Source: an uncultured bacterium (GTDB lineage Bacteria; Babelota; Babeliae; Babelales; Babelaceae). From it: DNA of 64,000 nucleotides. The stretch covers positions 160,001 through 224,000 of the forward strand of contig CAWKFG010000001.1 in assembly GCA_963848965.1 (NCBI GenBank), read 5' to 3'. A program made the position numbers and the translations under genes. The notes below the pieces were generated by a model, which saw nothing but the letters and a program-made list of their open reading frames with translations, searched no databases and had not been told where the DNA came from. Positions 9,831-20,105 of this stretch are shown here, piece after piece (the stretch's first letter is position 1; every line of letters begins with the position of its first letter).

Positions 9831-10685
9831 TTAGCTGTTGGAAAGAATGCCACTTTTAATAAGTTCTATGCGCAAAGCATCATAATCGTCACCATTAATA
9901 AGTAAGGCTTTCATACCACATGCTTTCGCACCATCAGCATTTACTTTTTGATCATCAATAAGAATACAATCATTCGGGTTCAAGCGAAGCGTATAAATAA
10001 CATATTCAAAAGCATTTTTATAAGGCTTAATACGATGTATATCTCCTGAAATAACCACATGATCAAAGTATTTAAATACTCGTGTATTCCTTTTATAGAA
10101 AGATTTAAAAGAAAGATGATCCCAATTAGAAAAAGCAACTAAACGGTGCTTTCTTCTTCCATTCCTATCACGTACGGCAGCGCATTCTTTGAGAAGTCTC
10201 ACTCCTTCTTCTACAGGATAGACATTACGAGCTAAAACATGAGGATTAAACATTGTTTGAATAGTTCTTGTAACAAGCTCTTTTTCTCGATCGCTTTGAA
10301 AAAAGTTCTGTTGGGCAAGAAGAGCAATCTGCTTTTCTGCAAGTTTTATAATTTCAGGACCAGTTTTTGTTCCTGCCTGCCATTCACACATAATAGGTGG
10401 TAATGGTGGTCCATCTGCAGAACCTGCAGGATTAAAGTTCTTTTCTTTTGGGCCGGGTTCATAGTCTGAAGGAACATGAGTAAGTACTTCATAGAGCAGC
10501 TTTTCTATATTAGGATTCTTCCAATCCATTAAGAGATAAGAAATAAAGCGTTGAAGACCAATCTCTTTGGCAACACCAAGTTTATCTGGTTGAAAAAGAA
10601 TGCCACCGAAATCCCAAATAATAACGTCAGCTAAAGATATATACGAATACACTAAAAATGTGAGTAAAAATATTCTTTTGAGCAT
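9831..10685 (-). CDS. Exported HAD-superfamily hydrolase
   Basis: IIWDFGGILF, AFSNWD, ISGD...KP, LIDDQ..N...A...GM; signal peptide. Confidence 0.88.
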   Translation of the reverse strand: MLKRIFLLTFLVYSYISLADVIIWDFGGILFQPDKLGVAKEIGLQRFISYLLMDWKNPNIEKLLYEVLTHVPSDYEPGPKEKNFNPAGSADGPPLPPIMCEWQAGTKTGPEIIKLAEKQIALLAQQNFFQSDREKELVTRTIQTMFNPHVLARNVYPVEEGVRLLKECAAVRDRNGRRKHRLVAFSNWDHLSFKSFYKRNTRVFKYFDHVVISGDIHRIKPYKNAFEYVIYTLRLNPNDCILIDDQKVNADGAKACGMKALLINGDDYDALRIELIKSGILSNS

Positions 10686-10771
10686 AGTTTCCCCCTTTGC
10701 TAAGCGCGCACTTTTCTAGTATAGCGCAGGAGAATTACTTAAAGTAAGATTTATGAAAATTCTTCTAGTAG

Positions 10772-10800
10772 ATAAGCCCTATACGAGCTATAGGGCTTAT
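10772..10800 (-). terminator. Intrinsic terminator-like hairpin
   Basis: ATAAGCCCTATA-cgagc-TATAGGGCTTAT just downstream of the ankyrin gene 10813-11421. Confidence 0.65.
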
Positions 10801-10812
10801 TATGAACGGGAT

Positions 10813-11421
10813 TTACTCTAACAAACGAATTACTGCATCATACTCGTCGTGCTCAAAGCTTGGGGCTTTCTCTTTTTCTTTGCGTGCAATATCTAAAGCT
10901 GTTTCACCGAACTTATTCTTAATTGTTTTATCAGTGCCACGTTTAAGAAGAATATTAACAGTTCCTTTACGGCCATATCCAGCAGCGGTCATTAAAGCAG
11001 TTCCACCAACTTTATTTTGTAAATTAGGTTGAGCGCCGTTATCTAACAGTAAAGAGATAACATCATCTTTTTCCCAAAGGCCAGAGGCGAGCATTAAAGG
11101 AGTGCTTCCTTGAGAATCGCGGATATTTACATCTGCTCCATGCTTTAAGAGAGAACGAATGATAGAAAGATATTCTTGATTCACCTCTTCACCAAGTGTG
11201 TTGAAATTATAAGCAAGAAAATGAAGAATATGAACACCTGGCGGATTATCCCATTTTTCATTAGGATTAGCTCCTGCTTCAAGAAGACGCTCAACTTTTT
11301 TGACATCTGGAAGACGTACAGCACGTATTAATGCCTCACGCGTTGTACTTTGCGCCTTTTCCATACTATAGAGGCTACAGAACGTACTTGCTACCGCAAA
11401 AAATAAAAAGATATTTTTCAT
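10813..11421 (-). CDS. Secreted ankyrin-repeat protein
   Basis: Likely start MKNIFL; signal ...SLYS-ME; about 4-5 ankyrin repeats. Confidence 0.88.
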   Translation of the reverse strand: MKNIFLFFAVASTFCSLYSMEKAQSTTREALIRAVRLPDVKKVERLLEAGANPNEKWDNPPGVHILHFLAYNFNTLGEEVNQEYLSIIRSLLKHGADVNIRDSQGSTPLMLASGLWEKDDVISLLLDNGAQPNLQNKVGGTALMTAAGYGRKGTVNILLKRGTDKTIKNKFGETALDIARKEKEKAPSFEHDEYDAVIRLLE

Positions 11422-11633
11422 AATAAATTCTTTATTTATTCTAATAATATATAGTGTTTCTATTAAAGATAGCAAAAATAATGCAATAGTCAATGTTTTT
11501 GGGCTCTCTATCTTATACAGTATGGTCTGGGAGTCTTTCGATTTTTGTGATAAAGAAATTTTAAAAAATTCTTTGCGAATGTAAACCTCTCTTTGCCATA
11601 CTAAGAGAAAACAATTTTCACTGGGTAAAATAT

Positions 11634-12746
11634 ATGGAACTATTGCCAAAGATTATGAAAGCAGTGCGAGAAGGAAATAAAGAAGCACTGCGGCCTCTTT
11701 TAGAGCAAGGAGATAGTATTAACCAAGAGTGCTATGGTTCAACTCCTTTATTAGCTGCAGTAAGCTCTGGATACCAAGATGTGGTAACAGAGCTGCTTTT
11801 GCATGGTGTAGATCCTAATCGTACAGGCTTAGATTCAACGACACCTTTGGTACGAGCTGTTGCCCTGGGACACAAAAGAATGATAGATCTTTTGCTTTCT
11901 CATAAAGCTGATCCTAATGGGCATTTTAGTGGTTATGATACACCTTTATTGCGTGCTATTGCTAAAGGACATAGCGAGATAGTACATATTCTTCTCAACT
12001 ATGGAGCAGATGTCAATTATAGTATTAAGCGAGAGAGTCTTGTAGAGCCAGTTCGAGCTCCTCTCATCGTTGCTATTAAACGAATGCTTGCTTTTTCTCA
12101 AGAGTATTCAGCGGGATATAGAAATGAAGCCTTTGAAATAGTAAAGCTTCTTTTAGAGCATAATGCAAATCCTAACAGTATAGGTAATTATCGTGAATGC
12201 TTGTATGGAATTTTGCTGCGCAATGTAAAGCCCGTAGAAAAGCCACAAGAAGATAGTGACTTTCAAGAAGTACCTCTTTCTCTTGCAGCACGAGCAGGAG
12301 ATAAAGAGCTTACAAATGTTCTCTTGCAGTATGGAGCATCTATTGAAGGCGGTGGTAAATTGAGCGAAATTCCTTTACATACAGCCGTTGAAGGAGAGAA
12401 GCCAGAAATGGTACAAGAGCTTATCCGGTTTGGTGCATTTATTAATAGTCAAGACTACTATGGTCAAACAGCGGTACATATTGCTGCTTATAATGCCACC
12501 TCATCAGACATTGCTTATGAATGCTTAAAAATTCTTTTATCTTCAGGAGCTCAAGTCAATATACTAGACTATGAGAGAAACACTCCTTTAATGTTCATCT
12601 TTGCTTATAGAGGCCCTTCTGAGAGTACTCCTCATGTTGAGCGTGTAGTAAAACTACTTTTAGAATCGGGTGCGGACATAAGTATCGTTAATATAGATGG
12701 AAGAGATGCTCGAGCATTAGCACAAATACGAGGATTTGAGTTATGA
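11634..12746 (+). CDS. Ankyrin-repeat protein (no signal peptide)
   Basis: Repeated TPL..A...G...V..LL..GAD.N; overlaps the next gene (ATGA). Confidence 0.9.
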   Translation: MELLPKIMKAVREGNKEALRPLLEQGDSINQECYGSTPLLAAVSSGYQDVVTELLLHGVDPNRTGLDSTTPLVRAVALGHKRMIDLLLSHKADPNGHFSGYDTPLLRAIAKGHSEIVHILLNYGADVNYSIKRESLVEPVRAPLIVAIKRMLAFSQEYSAGYRNEAFEIVKLLLEHNANPNSIGNYRECLYGILLRNVKPVEKPQEDSDFQEVPLSLAARAGDKELTNVLLQYGASIEGGGKLSEIPLHTAVEGEKPEMVQELIRFGAFINSQDYYGQTAVHIAAYNATSSDIAYECLKILLSSGAQVNILDYERNTPLMFIFAYRGPSESTPHVERVVKLLLESGADISIVNIDGRDARALAQIRGFEL

Positions 12747-13543
12747 ACGAATTTCTTAAAGCTCTTAAAGAGCACAATGAAGAGCTTATATATGCTCTGC
12801 TTGAACAAGGAGCGGATCCTAATTGTGAGTTTGATGGAAAGGTATGTCTGAGGTATCTTATTGGTGAACCGAAACTCATACGATTACTTTTAGATTATGG
12901 AGCACAACCATGGGTAAAAGATCAGGAAGAACGATCATTGCTGGTAGAAGCTATTTATAAAGATGATATTCATACAGTAGATTATCTATTAGAGTGTGAT
13001 GCTCATTCAGTCTATGTTAATGAGCCTGATGAAGAGGGACATACACCACTTGGCTGCGCTACCTATTGTGGACAGAATGAAGATATGATACGTTACCTTG
13101 TTTTCTGCCAAGCAAATCCTAATCAATTTGATGATGCACGGCAAACATTTCCTTTTATTGCGGTAGCTTCTGGATTTAAAAAAGATATGCTAGAACTCTT
13201 TATAGAATATGGTGCAGATCCTTTTGTTGTAGATCCAAAGGGCAATACTGCGCTTATAAGTGCTATACGTCCAGGCAATGAGGAAAGCGTTGCTTTCCTG
13301 CTTAAACTTAGAATACCGGTAAATCACCAAAATAACTGTGGTGAAACTGCTTTGCATAGAGCTGCAAGAGAGGGAGCTGTATCTCTTATAAAACTTCTTT
13401 TGGACAGTGGAGCAGATATAGCTATACAAGACAATGAGGGTAATACACCGTTAATGATATTATTGGCGCAAGAGGATATAGCACCAGAAGTAAAAGAGCG
13501 GTCTGAACAACTGCTAAGACAGAGTAAAGAGAGGGTAGTATGA
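12743..13543 (+). CDS. Ankyrin-repeat protein (no signal peptide)
   Basis: GHTPL, GNTAL, GETALHRAA repeats; may be one gene with the upstream ORF. Confidence 0.88.
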   Translation: MNEFLKALKEHNEELIYALLEQGADPNCEFDGKVCLRYLIGEPKLIRLLLDYGAQPWVKDQEERSLLVEAIYKDDIHTVDYLLECDAHSVYVNEPDEEGHTPLGCATYCGQNEDMIRYLVFCQANPNQFDDARQTFPFIAVASGFKKDMLELFIEYGADPFVVDPKGNTALISAIRPGNEESVAFLLKLRIPVNHQNNCGETALHRAAREGAVSLIKLLLDSGADIAIQDNEGNTPLMILLAQEDIAPEVKERSEQLLRQSKERVV

Positions 13544-13830
13544 ATGGAGATAGAGAAAGAATTGTACGACTTATAACAGTGTTATTACCTTATGCTAAGC
13601 TCTATGTTGTTGAGTCTTATAATCTTAAAAATAATGAGATGCTGCCAACTCCTGGCATTGATCTAGCTATAGATGCGGGAGAACAGATCCCTCAAGAGCA
13701 CCTTATTCAGATTAAAAATATTCTTCAAGCACTGAGTCTTTCCCAACCAATTACTATTATTGACCTTTATTCACTTCCTGTTGAAAAGCGAGTAGATATC
13801 TTAAAAGATGCAATAGCATGGAAAAACTAA
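13540..13830 (+). CDS. Degenerate minimal nucleotidyltransferase (MNT) antitoxin-like protein
   Basis: AKLYVVES...IDLAIDAG...IIDLYSLP...ILKDAIAWKN; GS and DxD motifs altered; followed by the stub MEKLIDSFLY*. Confidence 0.65.
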   Translation: MNGDRERIVRLITVLLPYAKLYVVESYNLKNNEMLPTPGIDLAIDAGEQIPQEHLIQIKNILQALSLSQPITIIDLYSLPVEKRVDILKDAIAWKN

Positions 13831-14012
13831 TAGACTCCTTCTTGTATTAGCCGACCAGTTGCAGAAGAAATTTTTGTTGCTACTCTAAAGAAAATTTAAC
13901 TGTTGTTCTTAAAAGGAGCGAAATGCAAGAGTATTATTTGAACAAAGTTGTCGAGATTGAGCGAGCAAAAATAGATGAATATAGTCTTCAAGGTTATTAG
14001 GTAATAAAGAGT

Positions 14013-14426
14013 TTATTCGTCAGAATACCCTTTACGGCGTAATCGCTTTTTGGCGCTATGCATCTTTTTAGTATGGAGACGTGCTATCTTGGCTGCACCG
14101 CTTGGTGCGGTTGCAAGACGCTTTTTCTGTGGCTGTAAGGCCTGTTGAATGAGTTTTATAAATTTTTCTTCTGCTTTTTTACGATTAGCGTGTTGTGTGC
14201 GCTCTGAACTTGCAGTAACTCGCAGAGTACCTTCACTGTCTATTCTTGTTTGCAGTTTTGTAAGCAAGAGGGCTTTGGTAGTATCGTCAAGGGTAGACTG
14301 TGGAATATTAAAGCTGAGTTCCACTTTTGTCTCAACTTTGTTTACATTTTGACCACCTTTGCCGCTGCTTCGTGCAAAGTGTACAGTAGTTTCTTGTAAA
14401 AGAGCTTGATAATCTAATTTTTTCAT
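14013..14426 (-). CDS. arfB: Alternative ribosome rescue factor ArfB (peptidyl-tRNA hydrolase)
   Basis: FARSSGKGGQNVNKVETKV, SERTQHANR, basic C-terminal tail. Confidence 0.93.
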   Translation of the reverse strand: MKKLDYQALLQETTVHFARSSGKGGQNVNKVETKVELSFNIPQSTLDDTTKALLLTKLQTRIDSEGTLRVTASSERTQHANRKKAEEKFIKLIQQALQPQKKRLATAPSGAAKIARLHTKKMHSAKKRLRRKGYSDE

Positions 14427-14502
14427 GATTTTATGCACAATAAATATATAGATATTGTGCTTAGTATAGCAATCGAAGATGCTTATCTCAACTGTTTATA
14501 AC

Positions 14503-14530
14503 AAAAAAGGACGCCTTTACTGGCGTCCTT
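14503..14530 (-). terminator. Intrinsic terminator
   Basis: AAGGACGCC-loop-GGCGTCCTT followed by a T-run on the minus strand. Confidence 0.8.
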
Positions 14531-14542
14531 AGTACTTGTATC

Positions 14543-15454
14543 TTAATCTCTATCATCTTCTATAATTGTAAATTCTTCATCTATATCATCTAAGTCTTGT
14601 AGGCTTCTAACGTTGACTTGCGCTCTATGTAATCTAAGAACATCGCGAGCAGCTCGTACTGTAGCTGGTACAAGAAGGCCTTTTTCTCTATAAGAAGTTT
14701 CGAGCTCGTTAATAGAGTCAAGTGCTGTCTGCCGTCTTGAATTGGTAGCATTTACATCTGCACCACACTCTATGAGGGTATTCATAAGCAGATAGACATC
14801 TCCTTCAGACTGTGCATAATCAACTATAGCAGCTAAAGGAATTCTTCCAAATTCATCTTCCCCATGCATATTTGCACCTTGATCTACCAAGAATGAGATA
14901 AGGGAAGCATCGTTTTTTTCTAGAGCTTTAAAAAGAAGATCAGTGAGTATATCTTGTTTGTCCTCTACTTTACCTTCTGCTTCTAATGTAGGGCGATAAG
15001 TGAGAAGAATAATAAAGTTTGTTTTATCTTCATTTTCTGCTGCAGCTTTATAGAGTGCTTCGTCATAATTAGTATAAGCACCGTGTGCAAGGAGTCTTTC
15101 AAGAACTTCTGGAGTTGCTCGTGTAGCAGCTGCTTCTAAGATGCTTCCATTCCAGTATTTATTGCCTCCTCTATCTACATCAGCACCATTTTCAAGAAGA
15201 AATTCAATGAGCTCATGATTGTTTGCATATACTGCAGCAAAAAGAGGGGTAAGATTAGCATCTTCGTAATTCCATTCTGCTCCTTTTTCTTCATATACAT
15301 TTGCTTCATTAACATCTGCTCCTGTTTCAACAAGAACTTGCGCAAAATCGATATCGTTTTCTTGTACTGCTCTATAAAGATCTGTTTTGGTAGCTAATGC
15401 AGCAGGACTCATGCTCAAAAGAAGAAAAAGTGGAAATAGTGTTTTTTTGTACAT
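14543..15454 (-). CDS. Secreted ankyrin-repeat protein
   Basis: Signal peptide ...PAALA; ankyrin repeats; acidic C-terminus. Confidence 0.85.
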   Translation of the reverse strand: MYKKTLFPLFLLLSMSPAALATKTDLYRAVQENDIDFAQVLVETGADVNEANVYEEKGAEWNYEDANLTPLFAAVYANNHELIEFLLENGADVDRGGNKYWNGSILEAAATRATPEVLERLLAHGAYTNYDEALYKAAAENEDKTNFIILLTYRPTLEAEGKVEDKQDILTDLLFKALEKNDASLISFLVDQGANMHGEDEFGRIPLAAIVDYAQSEGDVYLLMNTLIECGADVNATNSRRQTALDSINELETSYREKGLLVPATVRAARDVLRLHRAQVNVRSLQDLDDIDEEFTIIEDDRD

Positions 15455-15933
15455 GAAATTTCCTTTCATTACTTAACAGTTAAGAATTACTACTATAAAG
15501 TATACCTGAAAATAAATGATCAGTAAAAAGCCCCCCATAATAACGAGAAAGATGCCAAATATGGCTTAAATCTCGATTAAATAAGACCTGCCCGAACTTA
15601 GTACTTTTTGTCTGCTAGTGAGGTAAAGATAGCAATGCTTATATGAATTTGTGTTAAGCGTCAAAGTGTATATTTCATAAGATATGCAGGTTCTATTTGT
15701 AGCTGAGGATGTTTTCAGGTAAGGTATTTAAAGCAAACCACATAAGAGAGTCAAGTTTCTTCAAACTATTAACCCAGAATAAAATAAATGATATTCTATA
15801 AAAGAATAGCATAATAAAGGCTTATTGAATAGTAACTTATGGTTTGTAAAAAATAGGCAAAATTGACAAAGTGGAAAATTTATTATACTAATAGAATGTG
15901 AAATCATTAAAGATACTATAACGGAAGCCATCA

Positions 15934-18315
15934 ATGAAAAAAAATTTAGCATTTATAGGTCTATGTCTCTTTACTTATTCTTTCTCCGGATGCATGGAGT
16001 TAGAGCCTCAAAAAGAAGTAGGCACTTTTAGTTTAGGTACGCTGTCTGTTAATACTATTATAGAAAAGCTTAAAGCATATATAAAAGCAGCACAGGCCGG
16101 ATTACTAGATAAGCATGATGCCACAACACATGAGCTTGCTGACTTTCTAGCAACGCACGTCTATCTCCTTATTTCTATGTACCCAGAATTTTTCCCTATT
16201 CTTAAACATGAAGAATTGCATATTGTATGTAATATACTTAAAAAAAAGCTTGTTCGGAGAGGGATAGAACTTTACTCTTCAAACCAATTACAGCAACTGC
16301 ACAGCCGCTCTATTCGAGCTTTAGTACAGCTTGATGATGGTCATTATATTTCTGGTTCTGAAGATAAAGCAGTTTGTGTATGGGATATGAAAACTGCACA
16401 GTGCGTGAAAAAGCTTACTGGTCATACAGGTACTGTAACAGCGCTTACAACATGTATGACAGATAATGTGATACCCGGGTGTGCTACCTATATTATTTCA
16501 GGCTCAACAGATAAGACAATTCGTATATGGGAGGCTGTAACCGGAACATGCTTTCATAAGGTACTCGAAGGACATGCTGGCACAATATATTCTATAGCAC
16601 ATTTGGTTGATAGGTACATAGTTTCAGCTTCTGCAGATAGGACACTACGTTTTTGGGATATGCTTACCGGTAAATGCTTGAATGAAATTGCTTGTCATAG
16701 AGGTGCTGTATATTCTGTCATAAGAATTACTAATTCAGTTATAGCTTCTAGTTCAGCAGATAAGACAGTACGTTTAGTTGATATTCCAAGTGGTCAATGT
16801 TTAAAAACTTTTGAAGGTCATAAGGATGATGTATTCTGTGTTATAGCATTAGATGAACGTTATTTGGCGTCAGCTTCGGCAGATAAAACAGTGCGCATAT
16901 GGGATATGCGTACAGGTGCATGTGTAAAAGTTCTTGAAGGACATACAAATTCTGTTTATACACTAGTTCGTATTAATGATAATTTTTTAGCTTCTGGTTC
17001 AGCAGATAAAACAATACGTATTTGGAATAGACATACAGGTGAATGTGTAAAAGAGCTTTCAGGTTCTCCAGATTCAGTAAAATCTTTACTTGCTTTATCA
17101 TCAATGGCGCTACTTTCTGGGTGTGAAAATGGTACTGTTAATGTATGGGGTATTGATGAACACACATACTTTCAAGAGCTCTTAGAAAAAACAAATGCTG
17201 TTGCAGCTTATGCACCGAAGTTAAAGAATACATTTAAAAGTTTTATAAAGCATAGTACTATACCCTTTCAAAATACAACGTTGTATACGGATTTAATAGA
17301 TTTGATAGAAATTCCTATAAGAGAGAAAGCAAAAAGTAAGCAAGAAGTTACTCGTATACTTATTAACAGGCTCAAAGAGCTTGTACAGATGTGTGGAGAA
17401 GAAACGGTTACCTATCTTTTTTATCTTTTACAAGTTGCTCATTCTGCGCAATTAGAAGCAATAGCAGATGCTGTTCGATATATGTTATGTATATCATGGC
17501 AAGAGCGCCCTTTAAGTAGCTATGAACAATGGGCTGCGAAACTAAAAGAGTTAGGATGTTATGCTATCATTACAAGTGATAATAGTGTTTTTTTAGTAGC
17601 TCAGAATGTAGCAGCACTATCACCTTATTTAAGGTACATGTTTGAAAGTACTATGAAAGAAGGCCAAGAAAAACGTGTCGCACTACAGAGCTATGCTAAA
17701 CAGGAAGTACAGGCTGTTCTTTCTTTACTTAATAAGCTTTACTTTCATAAATTAGGCATACCGGGATTTGTTTCTAATCATATTTTAAGATCTTATTTAA
17801 ATACAATGAAGATAACTATACAAGCGATTGCGTTAGCAGAAGAGTGGGTTTTACCTCAAATAGCACAACTACTAACGCATGAAGTATTACAGCAGCTTGA
17901 TGAAGAACATGTATGTCAGTTAATTGAAGCATTGCCTTCTTCATGCCATAAGTATATAGCACCAGAGCTTGCTCCATCGGTTGATCTGCTTCTATGGCAA
18001 CTTGAATCGTGTGCGGAGGCTATAAAGTTACATTATCTCTTTGGAAGAAAAATAGCTGTTGCTTATAGTGAGTTTATTGTAGAAAATTTTTCTATCATAG
18101 TTGCACAGTATGCTAACTTTGAGACTATTATAGAGCACCATAAGTATTCGTTTATTCATCTATCTCTTAAGGAAGCTCTTCTGAAAAAAATTTATGGCTT
18201 AGGTGGTGGTGTTGAAAAACAAGTAGATATCGATAAATTAAAAGATGTATCTTTCAAAGAGCTTTTTGATATGCTTAAGGTACTTCTTGAAATTGTAGGG
18301 ACGAAGTTTCACTAG
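15934..18315 (+). CDS. Secreted WD40-repeat protein with BTB/POZ-like domain
   Basis: About 7 GH...SGS.DKTIRIWD repeats; SPYLRYMFESTMKEGQEKRVAL BTB-like segment; signal ...FSGC-ME. Confidence 0.88.
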   Translation: MKKNLAFIGLCLFTYSFSGCMELEPQKEVGTFSLGTLSVNTIIEKLKAYIKAAQAGLLDKHDATTHELADFLATHVYLLISMYPEFFPILKHEELHIVCNILKKKLVRRGIELYSSNQLQQLHSRSIRALVQLDDGHYISGSEDKAVCVWDMKTAQCVKKLTGHTGTVTALTTCMTDNVIPGCATYIISGSTDKTIRIWEAVTGTCFHKVLEGHAGTIYSIAHLVDRYIVSASADRTLRFWDMLTGKCLNEIACHRGAVYSVIRITNSVIASSSADKTVRLVDIPSGQCLKTFEGHKDDVFCVIALDERYLASASADKTVRIWDMRTGACVKVLEGHTNSVYTLVRINDNFLASGSADKTIRIWNRHTGECVKELSGSPDSVKSLLALSSMALLSGCENGTVNVWGIDEHTYFQELLEKTNAVAAYAPKLKNTFKSFIKHSTIPFQNTTLYTDLIDLIEIPIREKAKSKQEVTRILINRLKELVQMCGEETVTYLFYLLQVAHSAQLEAIADAVRYMLCISWQERPLSSYEQWAAKLKELGCYAIITSDNSVFLVAQNVAALSPYLRYMFESTMKEGQEKRVALQSYAKQEVQAVLSLLNKLYFHKLGIPGFVSNHILRSYLNTMKITIQAIALAEEWVLPQIAQLLTHEVLQQLDEEHVCQLIEALPSSCHKYIAPELAPSVDLLLWQLESCAEAIKLHYLFGRKIAVAYSEFIVENFSIIVAQYANFETIIEHHKYSFIHLSLKEALLKKIYGLGGGVEKQVDIDKLKDVSFKELFDMLKVLLEIVGTKFH

Positions 18316-18411
18316 AAAGCTGCTAAACTATATGAAAGTAGGCATTGCTTTACTTGTAAAAAAGTGCACACTAAACGAAAAAGTAGGTTTTTAAAGAGAG
18401 AAGGAAATGCT

Positions 18412-19305
18412 ATGGATATCACATTGAATATGCTTGGTGAATATGGTATTACTGCCCTTTCTGTTTTGGCTACTTTAGCAGCAACAATGGGGCTTGCCAG
18501 ACTTGTACATACCTTTACTGCACAGCTTGATAAGAAGCTTGAAAAGACATTAGAAAAAACACCGAAACCTCATGTTGAGGTTCCTGACTTTAAAATTGAC
18601 GCTACTCATTATCGATTTTTTAAGCATTTTATTACAGGACTTATTTATTTTGGTGGATGCTGTTTAGCATTAAGTATGATACCTGCATTTAAGAGCCTTG
18701 CATACTCTGTTTTTGCAGGTTCGGGTATTTTACTTGGTATCATTACTTTTGCTTCAAGAGAAGCATTTACTAATGTTTTAGGAGGTCTTCTTATTGATAT
18801 CTTTAGGCCTTTTGAGATAGGTAATCATATTAAGATTGATAAAGACCTTGAGGGGGACGTAAAAGACATTACACTTTCCCACACTATTATTAAAACTGCT
18901 CAGCAAAATTATGTTATGGTACCCAATTCTGTCATTAATAGTAAAATGATAGAAAACGTTACCTTGCCAAAAGAAGAGATTAGTATCCCTTTTGATGTTT
19001 ATATAAGTTATAAGGCTGATATTGATAAAGCTCTTGAAACTGTTCGTAATGTTTTAGAATTGCACCCATTGCTTCTTGACAAGCGTACTAAAGAAGAAAA
19101 AGAGCAGGGCAAGACAATGGTACAGGTTAATGTTGAAAAGCTTGATCATAAAGATATACAGCTTCGAGCATGGGTATCGGCTAAAAATGAAGCAGATGCT
19201 TATAGATTAGCCTGCGATTCTTATAGAGAAGTAAAAAAGAGCTTTGATGCAAAGCGAATACCATTTCCAGAAGCTAAAAGTACAAGTAAAGAGCTTTCAT
19301 TATAA
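18412..19305 (+). CDS. mscS: Small-conductance mechanosensitive channel (MscS family)
   Basis: TM segments; NVLGGLLIDIFRPFEIGNHI, VMVPNS..., IPFP. Confidence 0.88.
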   Translation: MDITLNMLGEYGITALSVLATLAATMGLARLVHTFTAQLDKKLEKTLEKTPKPHVEVPDFKIDATHYRFFKHFITGLIYFGGCCLALSMIPAFKSLAYSVFAGSGILLGIITFASREAFTNVLGGLLIDIFRPFEIGNHIKIDKDLEGDVKDITLSHTIIKTAQQNYVMVPNSVINSKMIENVTLPKEEISIPFDVYISYKADIDKALETVRNVLELHPLLLDKRTKEEKEQGKTMVQVNVEKLDHKDIQLRAWVSAKNEADAYRLACDSYREVKKSFDAKRIPFPEAKSTSKELSL

Positions 19306-19451
19306 TCTGTAATGACTTTATTTTGATAGAGAGCTATTATTTTTGCAATCTGTTAAATATCTATTTAAAACTATTAAATTATTGATATTTTAAAACCAAT
19401 GAAACTATACTTATTGTAAATATAGCTTAACTAATTAGTAAGGGAGAAGCA

Positions 19452-19676
19452 ATGGACGATAGACGAATACGCAAAGAAAGTATAGAGGATGCAGAAGTAC
19501 GCCATCGTGCTGATGAAGCTGCTCAAGAACATAAAGCTCCTACTCAAGAAGAATATGAACATGACTGGAGATTGGTAAAAGAGACAGAAGGTCTTGATGA
19601 CGAGGAAGTTGTAAAAGAATATTCTAAAATATTCTCTGAAGACAGTTCTCACTCACACAATAAAGGTAAGAAATAA
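19452..19676 (+). CDS. Small acidic hypothetical protein
   Basis: 74 aa, SD AGGGAG, followed by a terminator. Confidence 0.65.
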   Translation: MDDRRIRKESIEDAEVRHRADEAAQEHKAPTQEEYEHDWRLVKETEGLDDEEVVKEYSKIFSEDSSHSHNKGKK

Positions 19677-19685
19677 GAACCTGTG

Positions 19686-19706
19686 AAGCCCCTTAAAAGG
19701 GGCTTT
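19686..19706 (+). terminator. Intrinsic terminator
   Basis: AAGCCCCTT-aa-AAGGGGCTT followed by T-rich sequence. Confidence 0.7.
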
Positions 19707-20105
19707 ATCTTTTAGACACCCTTACAAAATAATTGCCTTAGAGAAATCTAGTAAGTATACTTGCCCTACGTAATTACTTCTATAGGTACAAAAGGGGAGT
19801 ATCATGCACATTTTTCTGTTTCTTACGCTTTTAACAAATATAGGTATTACGCACATCATCCACGTCTTTTAACCTTGATACGCATACGATCTACGAATCT
19901 CCTCAGCATCTTCATTGATTTTAACTTTGTGCGTAAAGATCTCTTGCGTATCTATGGGCATAACCCTCTTGGTTATTTTCTTTTTGTTCGTGTAGAGCTG
20001 GTATAATTTATTTTCTCTCAAGAAGTTTGTTATATAAATCTTGCTTTCCAGGACTTTAATCCTTTAAATTATTTAATAATAGAAAAATAAAATAAGGATG
20101 ATAAT

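Noticed and set aside
15480..15930. Long intergenic region with a hydrophobic fragment (IFGIFLVIMGGFLLI) on the minus strand
   Set aside because: Too short and degraded to assign.
19761..20006. 81-aa ORF and a 22-aa hydrophobic ORF (MHIFLFLTLLTNIGITHIIHVF) after a good SD
   Set aside because: No recognisable homology; may be a remnant or small protein but cannot be supported.
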